A stretch of DNA of 64,000 nt, taken from NCBI GenBank assembly GCA_963665775.2, contig CAXXTF010000001.1, positions 352,001 to 416,000 of the forward strand, read 5' to 3'. This document shows, one piece after another, positions 50,625 to 60,396 of the stretch (its first letter is position 1; every line of letters begins with the position of its first letter). The stretch comes from Dehalococcoidia bacterium (GTDB taxonomy: Bacteria; Chloroflexota; Dehalococcoidia; SM23-28-2; RBG-16-64-32). Position numbers and translations under genes: made by a program. Below the pieces are notes generated by a model. It saw only the letters and a program-made list of their open reading frames with translations. It ran no database searches and had not been told where the DNA came from.

Positions 50625-50904
50625 GCCCCCGCTCTTCCGTTGCTCGGTCGCACGGCACCCCGTGGGGCTCCAGGCGCTCCAGCCACACGTCAACCGGGTC
50701 GGCGGCGAACAGTCGCTCCAGCAGACGGCCCAGTCTACCCCGCGGCGGTGCCGTGCTGGCTGTCTTCCAAGAGCCGGGGTAGGCTAGCTCCGGTCGGCCC
50801 AGGCATTTGGCCAGCGCCCGCCACTGCGCCTCGTCCTGGCAGGCCAGGGCCAGCCGGCCCATCCTACAGCGGTAGCGGCGGCGAACCGCCGAGGCCTTCG
50901 CCAA
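50611..50904 (-). CDS. Stand-alone small domain of family III CoA-transferase
   Basis: YRCR.G.LALACQDEAQWRALAKCLGRPEL..LERLFA..WLERL..HGVPC resembles YPCAGDDQWVAIACEDDAQFAALCAVIGQPDL..GVPA of 55606..56823. Confidence 0.6.
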   Translation of the reverse strand: MAKASAVRRRYRCRMGRLALACQDEAQWRALAKCLGRPELAYPGSWKTASTAPPRGRLGRLLERLFAADPVDVWLERLEPHGVPCDRATEERGLSHR

Positions 50905-50938
50905 CCTATCTGGCCCCAGAGCTTGCGGCCATCCGAGT

Positions 50939-51051
50939 CACTCGTTTGTCATTCTGAGCGAAGCGAAGAATCTGGCACCCCGCTCGGGATAAACTCCGCG
51001 AAGAATCCAGGACAATGTCGTCAGACCCTTTGCTGCGCTCAGGGTGACAAA
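50939..51051. repeat. REP/MITE-like palindromic element, copy 1
   Basis: TTTGTCATTCTGAGCGAAGCGAAGAATCT...AGACCCTTTGCTGCGCTCAGGGTGACAAA imperfect terminal inverted repeats. Confidence 0.75.
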
Positions 51052-51176
51052 CCTTGAATCATGTTCGCTGTCGTTGTGAACCTCGCTTCCTCTCGGGCAA
51101 CTGTAGAGTGCGGCGGCCCGTAGTATAACCGCCACTGGGAATGCCGCAAACCTATGCTATAATGCCCCCGCCAATT

Positions 51177-51851
51177 ATGGAATCACGGAGCGTGGACCGA
51201 GACGACCTTGAGGCCCGCCCGGCGGCGGCGCCGCTTCGCGTCCGCGTCGTCTCCGATTACATCTGACCCTGGTGCTACATCGGCCTGGTGCGGGCCGAAC
51301 GGTTGCAGGAGGAGTTCCAGGTAGAGATGGATGTCTGTGCCTACGATCTCCATCCCGGCCTACCTCCGGAGGGGCGGCCCCGCGAGGAGGCCTACCCTAG
51401 CCGTAAGTCGCCGGAGGGCTACTTCGACCGCCTTCGCCAGATGGCGGCTGAGGCCGGCATCAAGATGGAGCCGCCGCAGGTCATCGCCAACACCCGCAAG
51501 GCCCACGAGGCCACGGAGTTCGCCCGGGAGGGCAGCCGGTTGCAGGAGTTTCAGCGGGCCCTTTTCCGCTCGTACTGGGGGGAGGGCGAGAACATCGGCG
51601 ATGTCGGCGTCCTCTGCTGCGTCGCCGCGGGGTGCGGCCTCGACGCCGATGAGCTGCGCCGCGCCCTGGCCGAGGGACGCTACGCCGCCCGCATCGAGGA
51701 GCAGATCGCCTGGTCCCGGGCCGTCGGCATCTCCAGCGTGCCCACGTTCGTCATTAATGACACGTTCGCCGTCGTCGGTGCCCAGGACTACGACGCCTTC
51801 CGTGATATCGCCGGCCGCATCACCAGCGGCGAACTAAAGGCCGAGGGGTAG
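51177..51851 (+). CDS. DsbA/FrnE-family oxidoreductase, probable selenoprotein (UPWC)
   Basis: ATG 51177 in frame to VRVVSDYI-TGA(51264)-PWCYIG; SECIS-like hairpin 51280-51298; GISSVPTFVIN..VVGAQ. Confidence 0.85.
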
Positions 51852-51905
51852 CCAGCGGTGGAGCGGGATGACAGGAGCGCAAGCCGAAAGGAACACGGTT
51901 CGGAG

Positions 51906-52009
51906 TTTGTCGCCCTGAGCGCGGCGAAGGGCCCAGAATGGCCGGTACGCCCAGAATGACAGAGCAAAGGGCTCAGGATGACCGCTATACTCAGGATGAC
52001 AAACGAGTG
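51906..52009. repeat. REP/MITE-like palindromic element, copy 2 (degenerate)
   Basis: TTTGTCGCCCTGAGCGCGGCGAAGG then repeated CAG(A/G)ATGAC ends, finishing CTCAGGATGACAAACGAGTG. Confidence 0.7.
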
Positions 52010-52040
52010 CCGGTGTCCCCCATCCCTATAAGGAGGCGAC

Positions 52041-53219
52041 ATGGATTTCCGATTCACGCCCGAGGAGGAGCAGTTTCGCCAGGAGATTCGGCAGTTCCTG
52101 AAGGAGGAGCTGCCCTCGAATTGGGAGGATGAGTTCGACCCTGAGACGCAGATCGGCGTTGACCAGCAGTTCGAGTTCGCCCTTCGGTTCAGCAAGAAGC
52201 TGGCCCAGAGGCGCTGGCTGGCCATGCCCTGGCCAACGGAGTACGGCGGCCTGGACGCCTCCGTCATGCAGCAGCTCATCTACAATGAGGAGATGGCCTA
52301 CTACGGCACGCCTGAGACCTCCAGCATGGGTGTCGCCTGGATCGGCCCTTCCATCATGCTCTACGGCAGCGATGAGCAGAAACAGCGTCTCCTGCCCCCC
52401 ATCGCCAATCACGACGAGATCTGGTGCACCCTCTACTCGGAGCCGGGCGCCGGCTCCGACCTCGCCTCTCTCCAGACCCGCGCCGTCCGCGACGGCGACG
52501 AGTGGGTCATCAACGGCCAGAAGATATGGACCTCCGGTGGCCATCGCGCTACCTGGGGCTGGCTCGCCGCCCGCACCGATCCTGACGCCCCCAAGCATAA
52601 GGGGATCAGCATGTTCGTCGTCCCCATGAGCGCCGCCGGCATCACCATCCGACCGCTCATCAACATGGCCGGCCGGCACGGCTTCAACGAGATATTCTTC
52701 CAGGACCTCCGCATCCCCGCCGAAAACCTCGTTGGCCAGGAGAATCAGGGCTGGTACCAGCTCGCCGTCGCCCTGGACTTCGAGCGCTCCTCCATCGCCG
52801 GCGTCGCCCGCACTCGTCGCTGGTGGGAGGAGGTGGTCGACTTCGCCCACGAGAACCGGCGCTTCGTCCAGGCCCGGCCCGAGATCCGCCACCGGCTGGC
52901 CGAGATAGGGGTGGAGATCGAGGTGGGACAGTACCTCGCGTACCGGGTGGCCTCCCTTCAGCAGGCCGGCAAGGCCCCTAACTATGAGGCCTCTATCGCC
53001 AAGCTCTACTGCTCGGAGCTGGCCCAGCGGCTGGCCCGCACCGGCATGGAGCTCCTGGGCCTGTACGGTCAGCTCCAGGCCAGCAGCAAGTACACCCCGC
53101 TAGGCGGCCACATCGAGCACAACTATCTGGACAGCGTAGCCCGGACCATCGGCGGTGGCACCAGCGAGATCATGCGCAACGTCATCGCCACCCGCGGCCT
53201 GGGGCTGCCGCGAGGGTAG
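52041..53219 (+). CDS. Acyl-CoA dehydrogenase
   Basis: WCTLYSEPGAGSDLASL, INGQKIWTS, FNEIFF, TIGGGTSEIMRN. Confidence 0.95.
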   Translation: MDFRFTPEEEQFRQEIRQFLKEELPSNWEDEFDPETQIGVDQQFEFALRFSKKLAQRRWLAMPWPTEYGGLDASVMQQLIYNEEMAYYGTPETSSMGVAWIGPSIMLYGSDEQKQRLLPPIANHDEIWCTLYSEPGAGSDLASLQTRAVRDGDEWVINGQKIWTSGGHRATWGWLAARTDPDAPKHKGISMFVVPMSAAGITIRPLINMAGRHGFNEIFFQDLRIPAENLVGQENQGWYQLAVALDFERSSIAGVARTRRWWEEVVDFAHENRRFVQARPEIRHRLAEIGVEIEVGQYLAYRVASLQQAGKAPNYEASIAKLYCSELAQRLARTGMELLGLYGQLQASSKYTPLGGHIEHNYLDSVARTIGGGTSEIMRNVIATRGLGLPRG

Positions 53220-53221
53220 GG

Positions 53222-53794
53222 GTGGCCGAGACCGCCCCAAGTAGGTGCGCCTGGGCAGACACCACCCCGCTGCTGAGGGAGTACCACGATAACGAATGGG
53301 GCGCTCCGCTACATGATGACAGAGGGCTTTTCGAGTTTGTCGTCCTGGAGGGAGCGCAGGCCGGCCTGAGCTGGGACACCATCCTCAAGAAGCGCGAGAA
53401 CTACCGCGTGGCGTTCGATGGCTTCGACCCGGTCGTGATCTCCCGCTACGGCGATCGTGATGTCCAGCGGCTACTCGCCGATCCCGGTATCGTCCGCAAT
53501 CGGCTGAAGGTCGCGGCGACGATCGGGAACGCCCGCAGCTTCCTGGGGGTGCAGCAGGAGTTCGGGTCGTTCGACGAATATATCTGGCGGTTCGTCGGCG
53601 GTCAGCCCATCAAGAACGGGTTCGGTTCCCTGTCGGAAATACCGGCGCGGACCGGCGAGTCGGATGCGATGAGCGTGGAGCTGCGAAAGCGGGGGTTCAA
53701 GTTCGTCGGCTCCACTATCTGCTACGCTTTCATGCAGGCAGTGGGAATGGTGAACGACCACACCGTCGATTGTTTCCGGTACGGCGAGGTGTAG
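53222..53794 (+). CDS. tag: DNA-3-methyladenine glycosylase I
   Basis: RCAW, YHDNEWG, LEGAQAGLSW, GIVRNRLK, FKFVG, NDH..C. Confidence 0.95.
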   Translation: MAETAPSRCAWADTTPLLREYHDNEWGAPLHDDRGLFEFVVLEGAQAGLSWDTILKKRENYRVAFDGFDPVVISRYGDRDVQRLLADPGIVRNRLKVAATIGNARSFLGVQQEFGSFDEYIWRFVGGQPIKNGFGSLSEIPARTGESDAMSVELRKRGFKFVGSTICYAFMQAVGMVNDHTVDCFRYGEV

Positions 53795-53902
53795 ACGCCG
53801 CGGAGGTTGCCTCTCCCTCTTCCTCCACCCGCTCGTTTCCCCTACCATAGACCCCGCTATTCTCTCAGGACGCGAAACCGCTGGAGCGAGGGGTGAGACG
53901 GC

Positions 53903-54661
53903 ATGGAGCTCGGTCTGCACGATAAGGTAGCCATCGTCACCGGCAGTAGCCGCGGCATCGGTCGGGCCATCGCCCTGGGGCTGGCCGCCGAGGGCTGCCA
54001 GGTCGCCCTCTGCGCCCGCGGCGAAGAGGCCCTGCGCCAGACCGCCACCGAGATCGAGGCTCACGGCGTCTTCGCCCTGCCCGTGGTCTGCGATGTCACC
54101 CTTCCCGCGGATGCCGAGCGGCTGACGGCGCAGACGGCGGATGCTTTCGGTCGCATTGATGTGCTGGTGAACAGCGTGGGTGGCTCCATCCGCGGCGATG
54201 AGGATGAGGCGTGGCAGCAAACCTTCAACGCGAACGTCGTCACGGCGGCCCGCCTGACGCGGCTGGTGGCTCCCCACATGCAGCGCCAGGGCGGCGGCGC
54301 CATCGTCCACATCGCCTCCATCTGGGGCCGCGAGTCCGGTGGCGGGCCCACCTATAACGCCGCCAAGGCCGCTCTCATCAGCCACGCTAAGGCCATGGCT
54401 GCCCAGCTGGCTCCCCAGAATGTCCGTGTTAACTCTGTCGCTCCCGGCTCCATCAGCCACCCAGGCGGCTCCTGGTGGCGGCGTCAGCAGGAAGATCCGG
54501 AGGGGATGGCCAGGTTCGTGCAGGAGAACATACCGATGGGCCGTTTCGGCACGGCGGAGGAGGTCGCCAATGTCGTCGCCTTCCTCTGCTCGCCCCGCGC
54601 CTCCTGGGTCACCGGCGCCTGCGTTGTTGTTGATGGAGGCCAGGGCCGCTCCAACATCTGA
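53903..54661 (+). CDS. SDR-family oxidoreductase
   Basis: TGSSRGIG, YNAAK, VRVNSVAPG. Confidence 0.93.
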   Translation: MELGLHDKVAIVTGSSRGIGRAIALGLAAEGCQVALCARGEEALRQTATEIEAHGVFALPVVCDVTLPADAERLTAQTADAFGRIDVLVNSVGGSIRGDEDEAWQQTFNANVVTAARLTRLVAPHMQRQGGGAIVHIASIWGRESGGGPTYNAAKAALISHAKAMAAQLAPQNVRVNSVAPGSISHPGGSWWRRQQEDPEGMARFVQENIPMGRFGTAEEVANVVAFLCSPRASWVTGACVVVDGGQGRSNI

Positions 54662-55605
54662 TGACCACCCTGGCCGACCTCCGCATCCTCGACCTTTCCG
54701 ATGGTGTGGCCGGCGCCTACTGCACGAAGCTGTTCGCCGGCTTCGGCGCCGATGTCGTCGCGGTGGAGCCGCCGGGCAGCGGGCATCCGCTGCGCCGCCA
54801 CGGCCCCTTTGCCGACGACCGACCCCACCGGGAGACCGGCGCCCTTTGGCTATACCTGGGAACGAACAAGCGCAGCGTAACCCTGGCGATCGGCTCCCCT
54901 ACTGGTCGGGGCCTCTTCCGCCGCCTCGTGGAGGAGGCCAACGTCATCGTGGAGAGCTTCCCGCCCGGTCGCCTCGACCCCTTGGGGCTGGGCTTCCAGG
55001 CGCTGTGGGCCATCAAGCGCCGCATCGTCCTGGTCTCCGTAACGCCGTTCGGCCAAACGGGGCCCCGCGCGGGCTGGCGGGCCACTAACCTCGCCTCGTT
55101 CGCCTCCGGCGGCCAGATGTGTCTCACCGGCGAGCCCGATCGAGAGCCTCTGCTGATTGGGGGCTATCAGGCGGAGTACCAGGCCGGGCTGCAGGCCTTC
55201 GCGGCGACGGCTACGGCTGCCCAGAACGCCGACGCCCTCGAAGTGCCGCAGCACGTCGACCTCTCGGCTCAGGAGGGCATGGCTTCTGCTCTGGAGACGT
55301 GTCTGCCCTCGTGGGCCTACCACAAGCAGGACATCTCCCGGAGACCGGGGGCCGCCGAAGGGGCCCACACGATCGGCCAGCTCCTGGAATCGGAGCAACT
55401 TCGGGCCCGCGACTACTTTCGGGAGATTGAGCACCCGATTTCGGGTCGACTGACCTACCCCGGCCCGCCCTTCCTGCTCTCCGCGCTTCCCTGGCAGACT
55501 GGTCGTGCCCCCACCCTGGGCGAGCATAACGACGACGTGTTCTGCGGCCAGCTGGGCCTCAGCCGTCAGGAGCTGACGCGCCTGCGCGCGGCGGGGGTGG
55601 TGTAG
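54661..55605 (+). CDS. Family III CoA-transferase-like subunit, non-catalytic (AEY) and lacking the small domain
   Basis: LADLRILDL, TNKRSV, PFGQTGP, AEYQAG; only 314 aa, jumps from QDISRR to QLRARDYF. Confidence 0.85.
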   Translation: MTTLADLRILDLSDGVAGAYCTKLFAGFGADVVAVEPPGSGHPLRRHGPFADDRPHRETGALWLYLGTNKRSVTLAIGSPTGRGLFRRLVEEANVIVESFPPGRLDPLGLGFQALWAIKRRIVLVSVTPFGQTGPRAGWRATNLASFASGGQMCLTGEPDREPLLIGGYQAEYQAGLQAFAATATAAQNADALEVPQHVDLSAQEGMASALETCLPSWAYHKQDISRRPGAAEGAHTIGQLLESEQLRARDYFREIEHPISGRLTYPGPPFLLSALPWQTGRAPTLGEHNDDVFCGQLGLSRQELTRLRAAGVV

Positions 55606-56823
55606 GTGTTTCACCTGCCCCTGCACGGCCTCCGCGTCCTGGAGCTGTCCATGGGCTGGGCCGGGCCGTACGCCGGCCGTCTGCTGGCCGACATGGGCGC
55701 CGAGGTGATCAAGATCGAGGCGGTGAAGGGCTGGGACCCACTGCGTTCCTCAACCATCCAACCGCCGGAGACGAAGCGGCCCTGGGACAGAGCGCCCTCC
55801 TTCAACCACCTCAACCGCAACAAGTACGGCTGCGTCCTGGACCTGGCCAACCTCGGTGGCCGCGAGCCCTTCCTGCGTCTGGTCGCCGTCTCCGACGCTG
55901 TGATCTGGGGCGATGATGAGGCGGCGCTGGACCGCCTGGGCCTCGATTATCGGGCGCTGAGCCAGGCCAATGAGCAGATCATCGTCGTCTCTCTGTCGGG
56001 GCATGGCCAGACGGGCCTCGGCGCGGAGCAGACGTCCGGCCTCTCTCACCTGACGGGCTACGCGGGCGGCCCGCCGCAGCGGATCGGAATGCGTTACGGC
56101 GACCCCATGGGCGGTATGGCGGCGGCCGGCGCTATCATCCTCGCCCTCTGGGATCGGCGCCGCACCGGTTGCGGCCAGCGCATCGAGGTCCACGGGAGGG
56201 AGAATCTCATAGGCGTTATCGGGGAGAATGTCGTCGGCTACTCTATGAACGGTCGTGAGCCGTTCCGTCGGGGGAATCGCCACCCCTCGATGGCGCCTCA
56301 TGGCTGCTACCCCTGCGCCGGGGACGATCAGTGGGTCGCTATCGCCTGCGAGGACGACGCCCAGTTCGCGGCCCTCTGTGCCGTCATTGGCCAGCCTGAT
56401 CTGGCCAGCGACCCCCGCTTCGCCGACGTGGTCAGCCGTTATCGGCATCAGGACACCCTGGATGGCATCGTTGCCGCCTGGAGCCGAGAGCGGGCGAAGG
56501 AGGGGGTGGCCACGGCGCTACAGGGCGCCGGTGTGCCGGCCATGCCCGTGCTCAACGTACCGGAGGTTTTTGCCGACGAGCAGCTGCGTGCCCGGGGCTT
56601 CTTCGAGAACGTGTCGCACGCCGTGGCGGACACCTGGGAGATGGAGGGCCCGCACTGGCGCATGAGCGAATCGCCGGGGCACGTCCGGCTGCCGGCGCCC
56701 TCCTTTGGCGAGCACAACGACTACGTGTTCCGTTACCTGTTGGGCTTATCGGAGGACGAGGTCGCCTCGCTGAAAGCGGCGGGCGTCACGGGCCGCGTCC
56801 CCGACTGGCCGGCCCAGGTGTAG
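55606..56823 (+). CDS. Family III CoA-transferase, catalytic Asp subunit
   Basis: PLHGLRVLEL..AGP, MGAEVIKIE, NRNK, YGDPMGG. Confidence 0.9.
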   Translation: MFHLPLHGLRVLELSMGWAGPYAGRLLADMGAEVIKIEAVKGWDPLRSSTIQPPETKRPWDRAPSFNHLNRNKYGCVLDLANLGGREPFLRLVAVSDAVIWGDDEAALDRLGLDYRALSQANEQIIVVSLSGHGQTGLGAEQTSGLSHLTGYAGGPPQRIGMRYGDPMGGMAAAGAIILALWDRRRTGCGQRIEVHGRENLIGVIGENVVGYSMNGREPFRRGNRHPSMAPHGCYPCAGDDQWVAIACEDDAQFAALCAVIGQPDLASDPRFADVVSRYRHQDTLDGIVAAWSRERAKEGVATALQGAGVPAMPVLNVPEVFADEQLRARGFFENVSHAVADTWEMEGPHWRMSESPGHVRLPAPSFGEHNDYVFRYLLGLSEDEVASLKAAGVTGRVPDWPAQV

Positions 56824-56834
56824 CCGAGCCTGCC

Positions 56835-57986
56835 TCACACGTCCGTCGTGATGCCGACAAGGCGCCCGATGCCGAAGGTGAGGACGGCCGCTACGGCGCC
56901 CAGGGCCAGCTGCCGCCCGCCGGATGCGAGTGCGCTGCGGCCCGTAAACAGCGATAGCGAGACGCCGACAGCGAACAGGGCGATGGCGCTGAGTACGGCA
57001 CTGGCGATGATGACAGGGGCGTCTGTGCTGGCGCTGAACAGGAAGGGGATGACGGGGACTACCGCCCCCACGCCGAAGGCCAGGAAGGAGCCGATCGTCG
57101 CGCCCCAGGGCGAGCCCAACTGAGAAGGGTTCAGCCCCAGCTCCTCGCGAACCAGGGTGTCCAGCGCCACCTGCGGGTCCTCCATGATCTTAGCCGCCAT
57201 GGCCTCCGCCTGTTCCTTCGGGAAACCTTTCGCCTGGTAGATGAGCGCCAGCTCTTGCTCCTCCTCCTCAGGCGCTGCTTCCAGCTCCCCCTTCTCCAGT
57301 TCGATCTGGCGCTTGAACAGTTCTCTCTGGGCTTGCATCGAGACGTACTCGCCGCTGGCCATGGAGAAGGCCCCGGCCAGAAGCCCCGCGACGCCCGCCA
57401 GCAGCACGAACTTCCCCTCGACCTGGGCTCCGGAGAAGCCCATGATTAGCGACGTGTTGGAGACGAGGCCGTCGCTGACGCCGAAGACGGTCGCGCGCAG
57501 GGTGCCGCCGCCGCCGGTCCGGTGCCAGGTTTCGCCGGCGGCGATGTTCGTCGTGGGCGCTGCCTCCAACCGCTGCATTCGGGCCAGGGTGCGGTCATGG
57601 GCCCGCTCGTCGGGCGCAATCGCCTGCGCCGCCTTGTCCTGGGCCATGTACACAGAGTAGGCTCCGGCCTCCAGGCTCCTGACGATGGGCAGCACAGACC
57701 TGACGCCGAAGCGCCGAGCCAGGAAGCCCACCAGGCGCATCTTCAGGCTGGGGCCGCGCTCTTTCGGCTGTACACCGGCCTCGCGCAGCTTCTGCCGCCA
57801 CACGTTGGCGTGTCGCTCCTCGACTTCAGCGAGCTTCTCGAAGATCGACCGACGTTCCGGATCGGGTTCCGCCAGGACGAGCATCCGGTAGATGGCGATG
57901 CCGTTGATCTCGTCGTCTAGGTTGGCTTGAAATAGACGGACCTTCTCGGGGTCCGGGGTCTGCGGCTGTTCGCCCTTAGTGACCAT
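56835..57986 (-). CDS. Rubrerythrin-like domain + VIT1/CCC1 metal transporter
   Basis: N-terminal E..ExxH di-iron-like helices; LRATVFGVSDGLVS, AGAFSMASGEYVS. Confidence 0.9.
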   Translation of the reverse strand: MVTKGEQPQTPDPEKVRLFQANLDDEINGIAIYRMLVLAEPDPERRSIFEKLAEVEERHANVWRQKLREAGVQPKERGPSLKMRLVGFLARRFGVRSVLPIVRSLEAGAYSVYMAQDKAAQAIAPDERAHDRTLARMQRLEAAPTTNIAAGETWHRTGGGGTLRATVFGVSDGLVSNTSLIMGFSGAQVEGKFVLLAGVAGLLAGAFSMASGEYVSMQAQRELFKRQIELEKGELEAAPEEEEQELALIYQAKGFPKEQAEAMAAKIMEDPQVALDTLVREELGLNPSQLGSPWGATIGSFLAFGVGAVVPVIPFLFSASTDAPVIIASAVLSAIALFAVGVSLSLFTGRSALASGGRQLALGAVAAVLTFGIGRLVGITTDV

Positions 57987-58053
57987 CGTTATTTAGCATA
58001 GCACGGAAACATATCTTAGCAGTGTGCCACTAATGATTCTTAGTACTGACCCC

Positions 58054-58827
58054 TCATGCGCGGCTCAAGCTACCGCCGTCTATCCATATGACCTGCCCGG
58101 TGAGGTAATCGGCGGCGTCGGACGCCACGTATACAGCCGCTCCCGCTATCTCCTCGGGCTGGGCCAGCCGGCGTGGGGGCAGGTAGCGTTCCAGCTGCTG
58201 CCTTGCGTCCTCCTGGCCCAGGAGGCCCGCGCCCTCGGTCCAGCCGGCGCCCAGGGCGTTGACCCTTATGCCGCTGCGGGCCCACTCCAGGGCCAGGGCG
58301 CGGGTCAGGTTCAGCACCCCCGCCTGGGCCGCGCAGTAGGCGGCGCCGTTGATCATCCCGCGCTCGCCAAGGACCGAGACGACGTTGATGATGCGGCCAC
58401 TCCTCTGAGACAGCATCGGCTGAGCGGCGGCGCGGCAGGCCAGGTAGACACCCGTGAGGTTCACATCGATGACCCGCTGCCACTCGGCTGCGGTGATCTC
58501 GGTCAGGGGCTTGGCGAAGGGGAGATCGGGGGCGTTCACCAGCACGTCCAGCCGGCCCAGCTCGGAGAGCGTCCGTTGCATCAGCGCCTCCACGTCGGAC
58601 TCGCTGGCGGCATCAATGGCCTGGGCGAAGCCCCTGCGATTCAGGGCCCAGATCTCGTTGGCGCAGGAGTTGGCTACCACCTCTTCCCGCTGGGAGCGCG
58701 TGGTCGTGGCGACGGCCACGTTCGCCCCGGCCTCAGCCAAGGCCACCGCCACGGCCCGACCGATGGGACCGGCGGCGCCGATGACCAGGGCGCCTCTCCC
58801 CTGAAGCGAGAACATCTCCTGAACCAT
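58054..58827 (-). CDS. SDR-family protein with degenerate active site (YxxxQ)
   Basis: GAAGPIG, LDVLVN, YCAAQ, IRVNALG. Confidence 0.85.
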   Translation of the reverse strand: MVQEMFSLQGRGALVIGAAGPIGRAVAVALAEAGANVAVATTTRSQREEVVANSCANEIWALNRRGFAQAIDAASESDVEALMQRTLSELGRLDVLVNAPDLPFAKPLTEITAAEWQRVIDVNLTGVYLACRAAAQPMLSQRSGRIINVVSVLGERGMINGAAYCAAQAGVLNLTRALALEWARSGIRVNALGAGWTEGAGLLGQEDARQQLERYLPPRRLAQPEEIAGAAVYVASDAADYLTGQVIWIDGGSLSRA

Positions 58828-59654
58828 CAGGCCTCTCCCTTCAGAGCGTCCGTCGCCAGAGGCACTACCGGTGCGAAGCCGGTCGGGGCCTGCCCGCCGG
58901 CCAGTCCACCGCCGTCCAGCGCCACGATCTGTCCGTTCATGTAGCTGGTGAGCTCCGAGGCCAGGAAGACGCAGAGTGGACCTATCTCCTCGTCCCGGCC
59001 CGGCCGCCCTGTCGGAACGAACCGGCCGGCCTGCGACTGATCTGTCGTGGCCGGGTCCTGGTGGGGAAACAGCCCCGGCGATATGAGGTTGCACTGGATG
59101 TTGTCGCGGGCGTAGGTCGTGGCCAGGGCGCGGGTGAAGTGGATGAGCCCGGCCTTGGCGGAGGTGTATATGAAGTTGTTGCGCACAGTCCTAAGGCCGA
59201 GGCCGGAGGTGACGTTGACGATCTTGCCGCCGCCCTGACGCAGCATGTGAGGGATAGCCGCCCGGCAGCAGTAGAACGTCCCCGACAGGTTGGTGTCGAT
59301 GCCGACGAGCCACTGTTCATCGGTGATCTCCTCCAGGGGGTTGCCCGTTCCGGGGGTGTAGCCGCCGGCGTTATTCACCAGGATATCGATCCGTCCGTAT
59401 TCGGCGATGGCGGTGTCCACCATCGCCTGGGCCGAGCGCGAATCCGTGATGTCGGTGGGCACCGTCAGGCAGCGGCGTCCCCTTGCCCGCACCATCCCTG
59501 CCGTCTCCTCGATCTGGGAGCGGGTTCGGGCCGCGACCACCAGATCGGCGCCGGCCTCGGCTAGGGCGAGGGTCATGGCCCGACCTAGGCCACGCCCGGC
59601 TCCGGTGACGATAGCTACCTTGGCGTCCAGATTCAACTTCTCCAGAACAGCCAT
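58827..59654 (-). CDS. SDR-family oxidoreductase
   Basis: TGAGRGLG, NNAG, YTSAK. Confidence 0.92.
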   Translation of the reverse strand: MAVLEKLNLDAKVAIVTGAGRGLGRAMTLALAEAGADLVVAARTRSQIEETAGMVRARGRRCLTVPTDITDSRSAQAMVDTAIAEYGRIDILVNNAGGYTPGTGNPLEEITDEQWLVGIDTNLSGTFYCCRAAIPHMLRQGGGKIVNVTSGLGLRTVRNNFIYTSAKAGLIHFTRALATTYARDNIQCNLISPGLFPHQDPATTDQSQAGRFVPTGRPGRDEEIGPLCVFLASELTSYMNGQIVALDGGGLAGGQAPTGFAPVVPLATDALKGEA

Positions 59655-59664
59655 CTCCGATCTT

Positions 59665-60240
59665 TCAGCTAGGCGGCTCGGCGCCGCCCTCGCCCGGAAC
59701 CTCCCCGCTATCCGCTCCGCTCGCAACACGTTCCAGCGCCTCCTCGGCGACCTCCTGCGCATCCTTACCCTCCGTGTCGATGGTGCGGAGTTCGACTCTC
59801 GGGGGCGGTTCCCAGGGCCTGGTCATCGGCGGGGCTCCGACCAGTACGAACGTGCCGCTGCCGCCGCGGCGCGTCATCTCCCTGGCGCCGAACCGCAGGG
59901 CCAGCTCTGGGGCAGCCCGGGACGGGGATGCCGGGTCGGCGCATAAGACGACGGCGTCCAGGCCGCCCAGCGCCTTCCCGACCTGGCGGACCATGATCCG
60001 TACCGCCATCTCGTTCGTCCCGTCGATGGCCTGGGCGGGCCGCCGCTCCCGCTGGCCGCCCAGCCTTCTCGAGAGGCGCTGAACGGCGAAGGCCGCCTCG
60101 GCGTCAGTGGTCGCGGCTACGAGGGCCACGCTCGCCCCGGCCTCGGCCAGGGCGAGGGCCAGGGGCCGGGCCATATTCGATTCCGCCCCCAGCAGCAGTA
60201 CTCGTTTTCCACGCAGGTCTGGACTGGCCACGCTGTCCAT
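59665..60240 (-). CDS. Truncated SDR-like Rossmann-only protein
   Basis: LRGKRVLLLGA..LALALAEAGA..LGGLDAVV; no YxxxK. Confidence 0.65.
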   Translation of the reverse strand: MDSVASPDLRGKRVLLLGAESNMARPLALALAEAGASVALVAATTDAEAAFAVQRLSRRLGGQRERRPAQAIDGTNEMAVRIMVRQVGKALGGLDAVVLCADPASPSRAAPELALRFGAREMTRRGGSGTFVLVGAPPMTRPWEPPPRVELRTIDTEGKDAQEVAEEALERVASGADSGEVPGEGGAEPPS

Positions 60241-60396
60241 TGTAGCGTACGCCCTTCCTGACAGCCGAGCGTCGGCCCTTCCTGCCCGCAACTGACCGTG
60301 ATTTGCCCGGTTACGACCTGTCTTTCCCATATAACTTCCCTCTAGCGGGATCGTTTACTTATAGTAGATTCTAGAGTGTTTGCCGGGGGATTGGGG

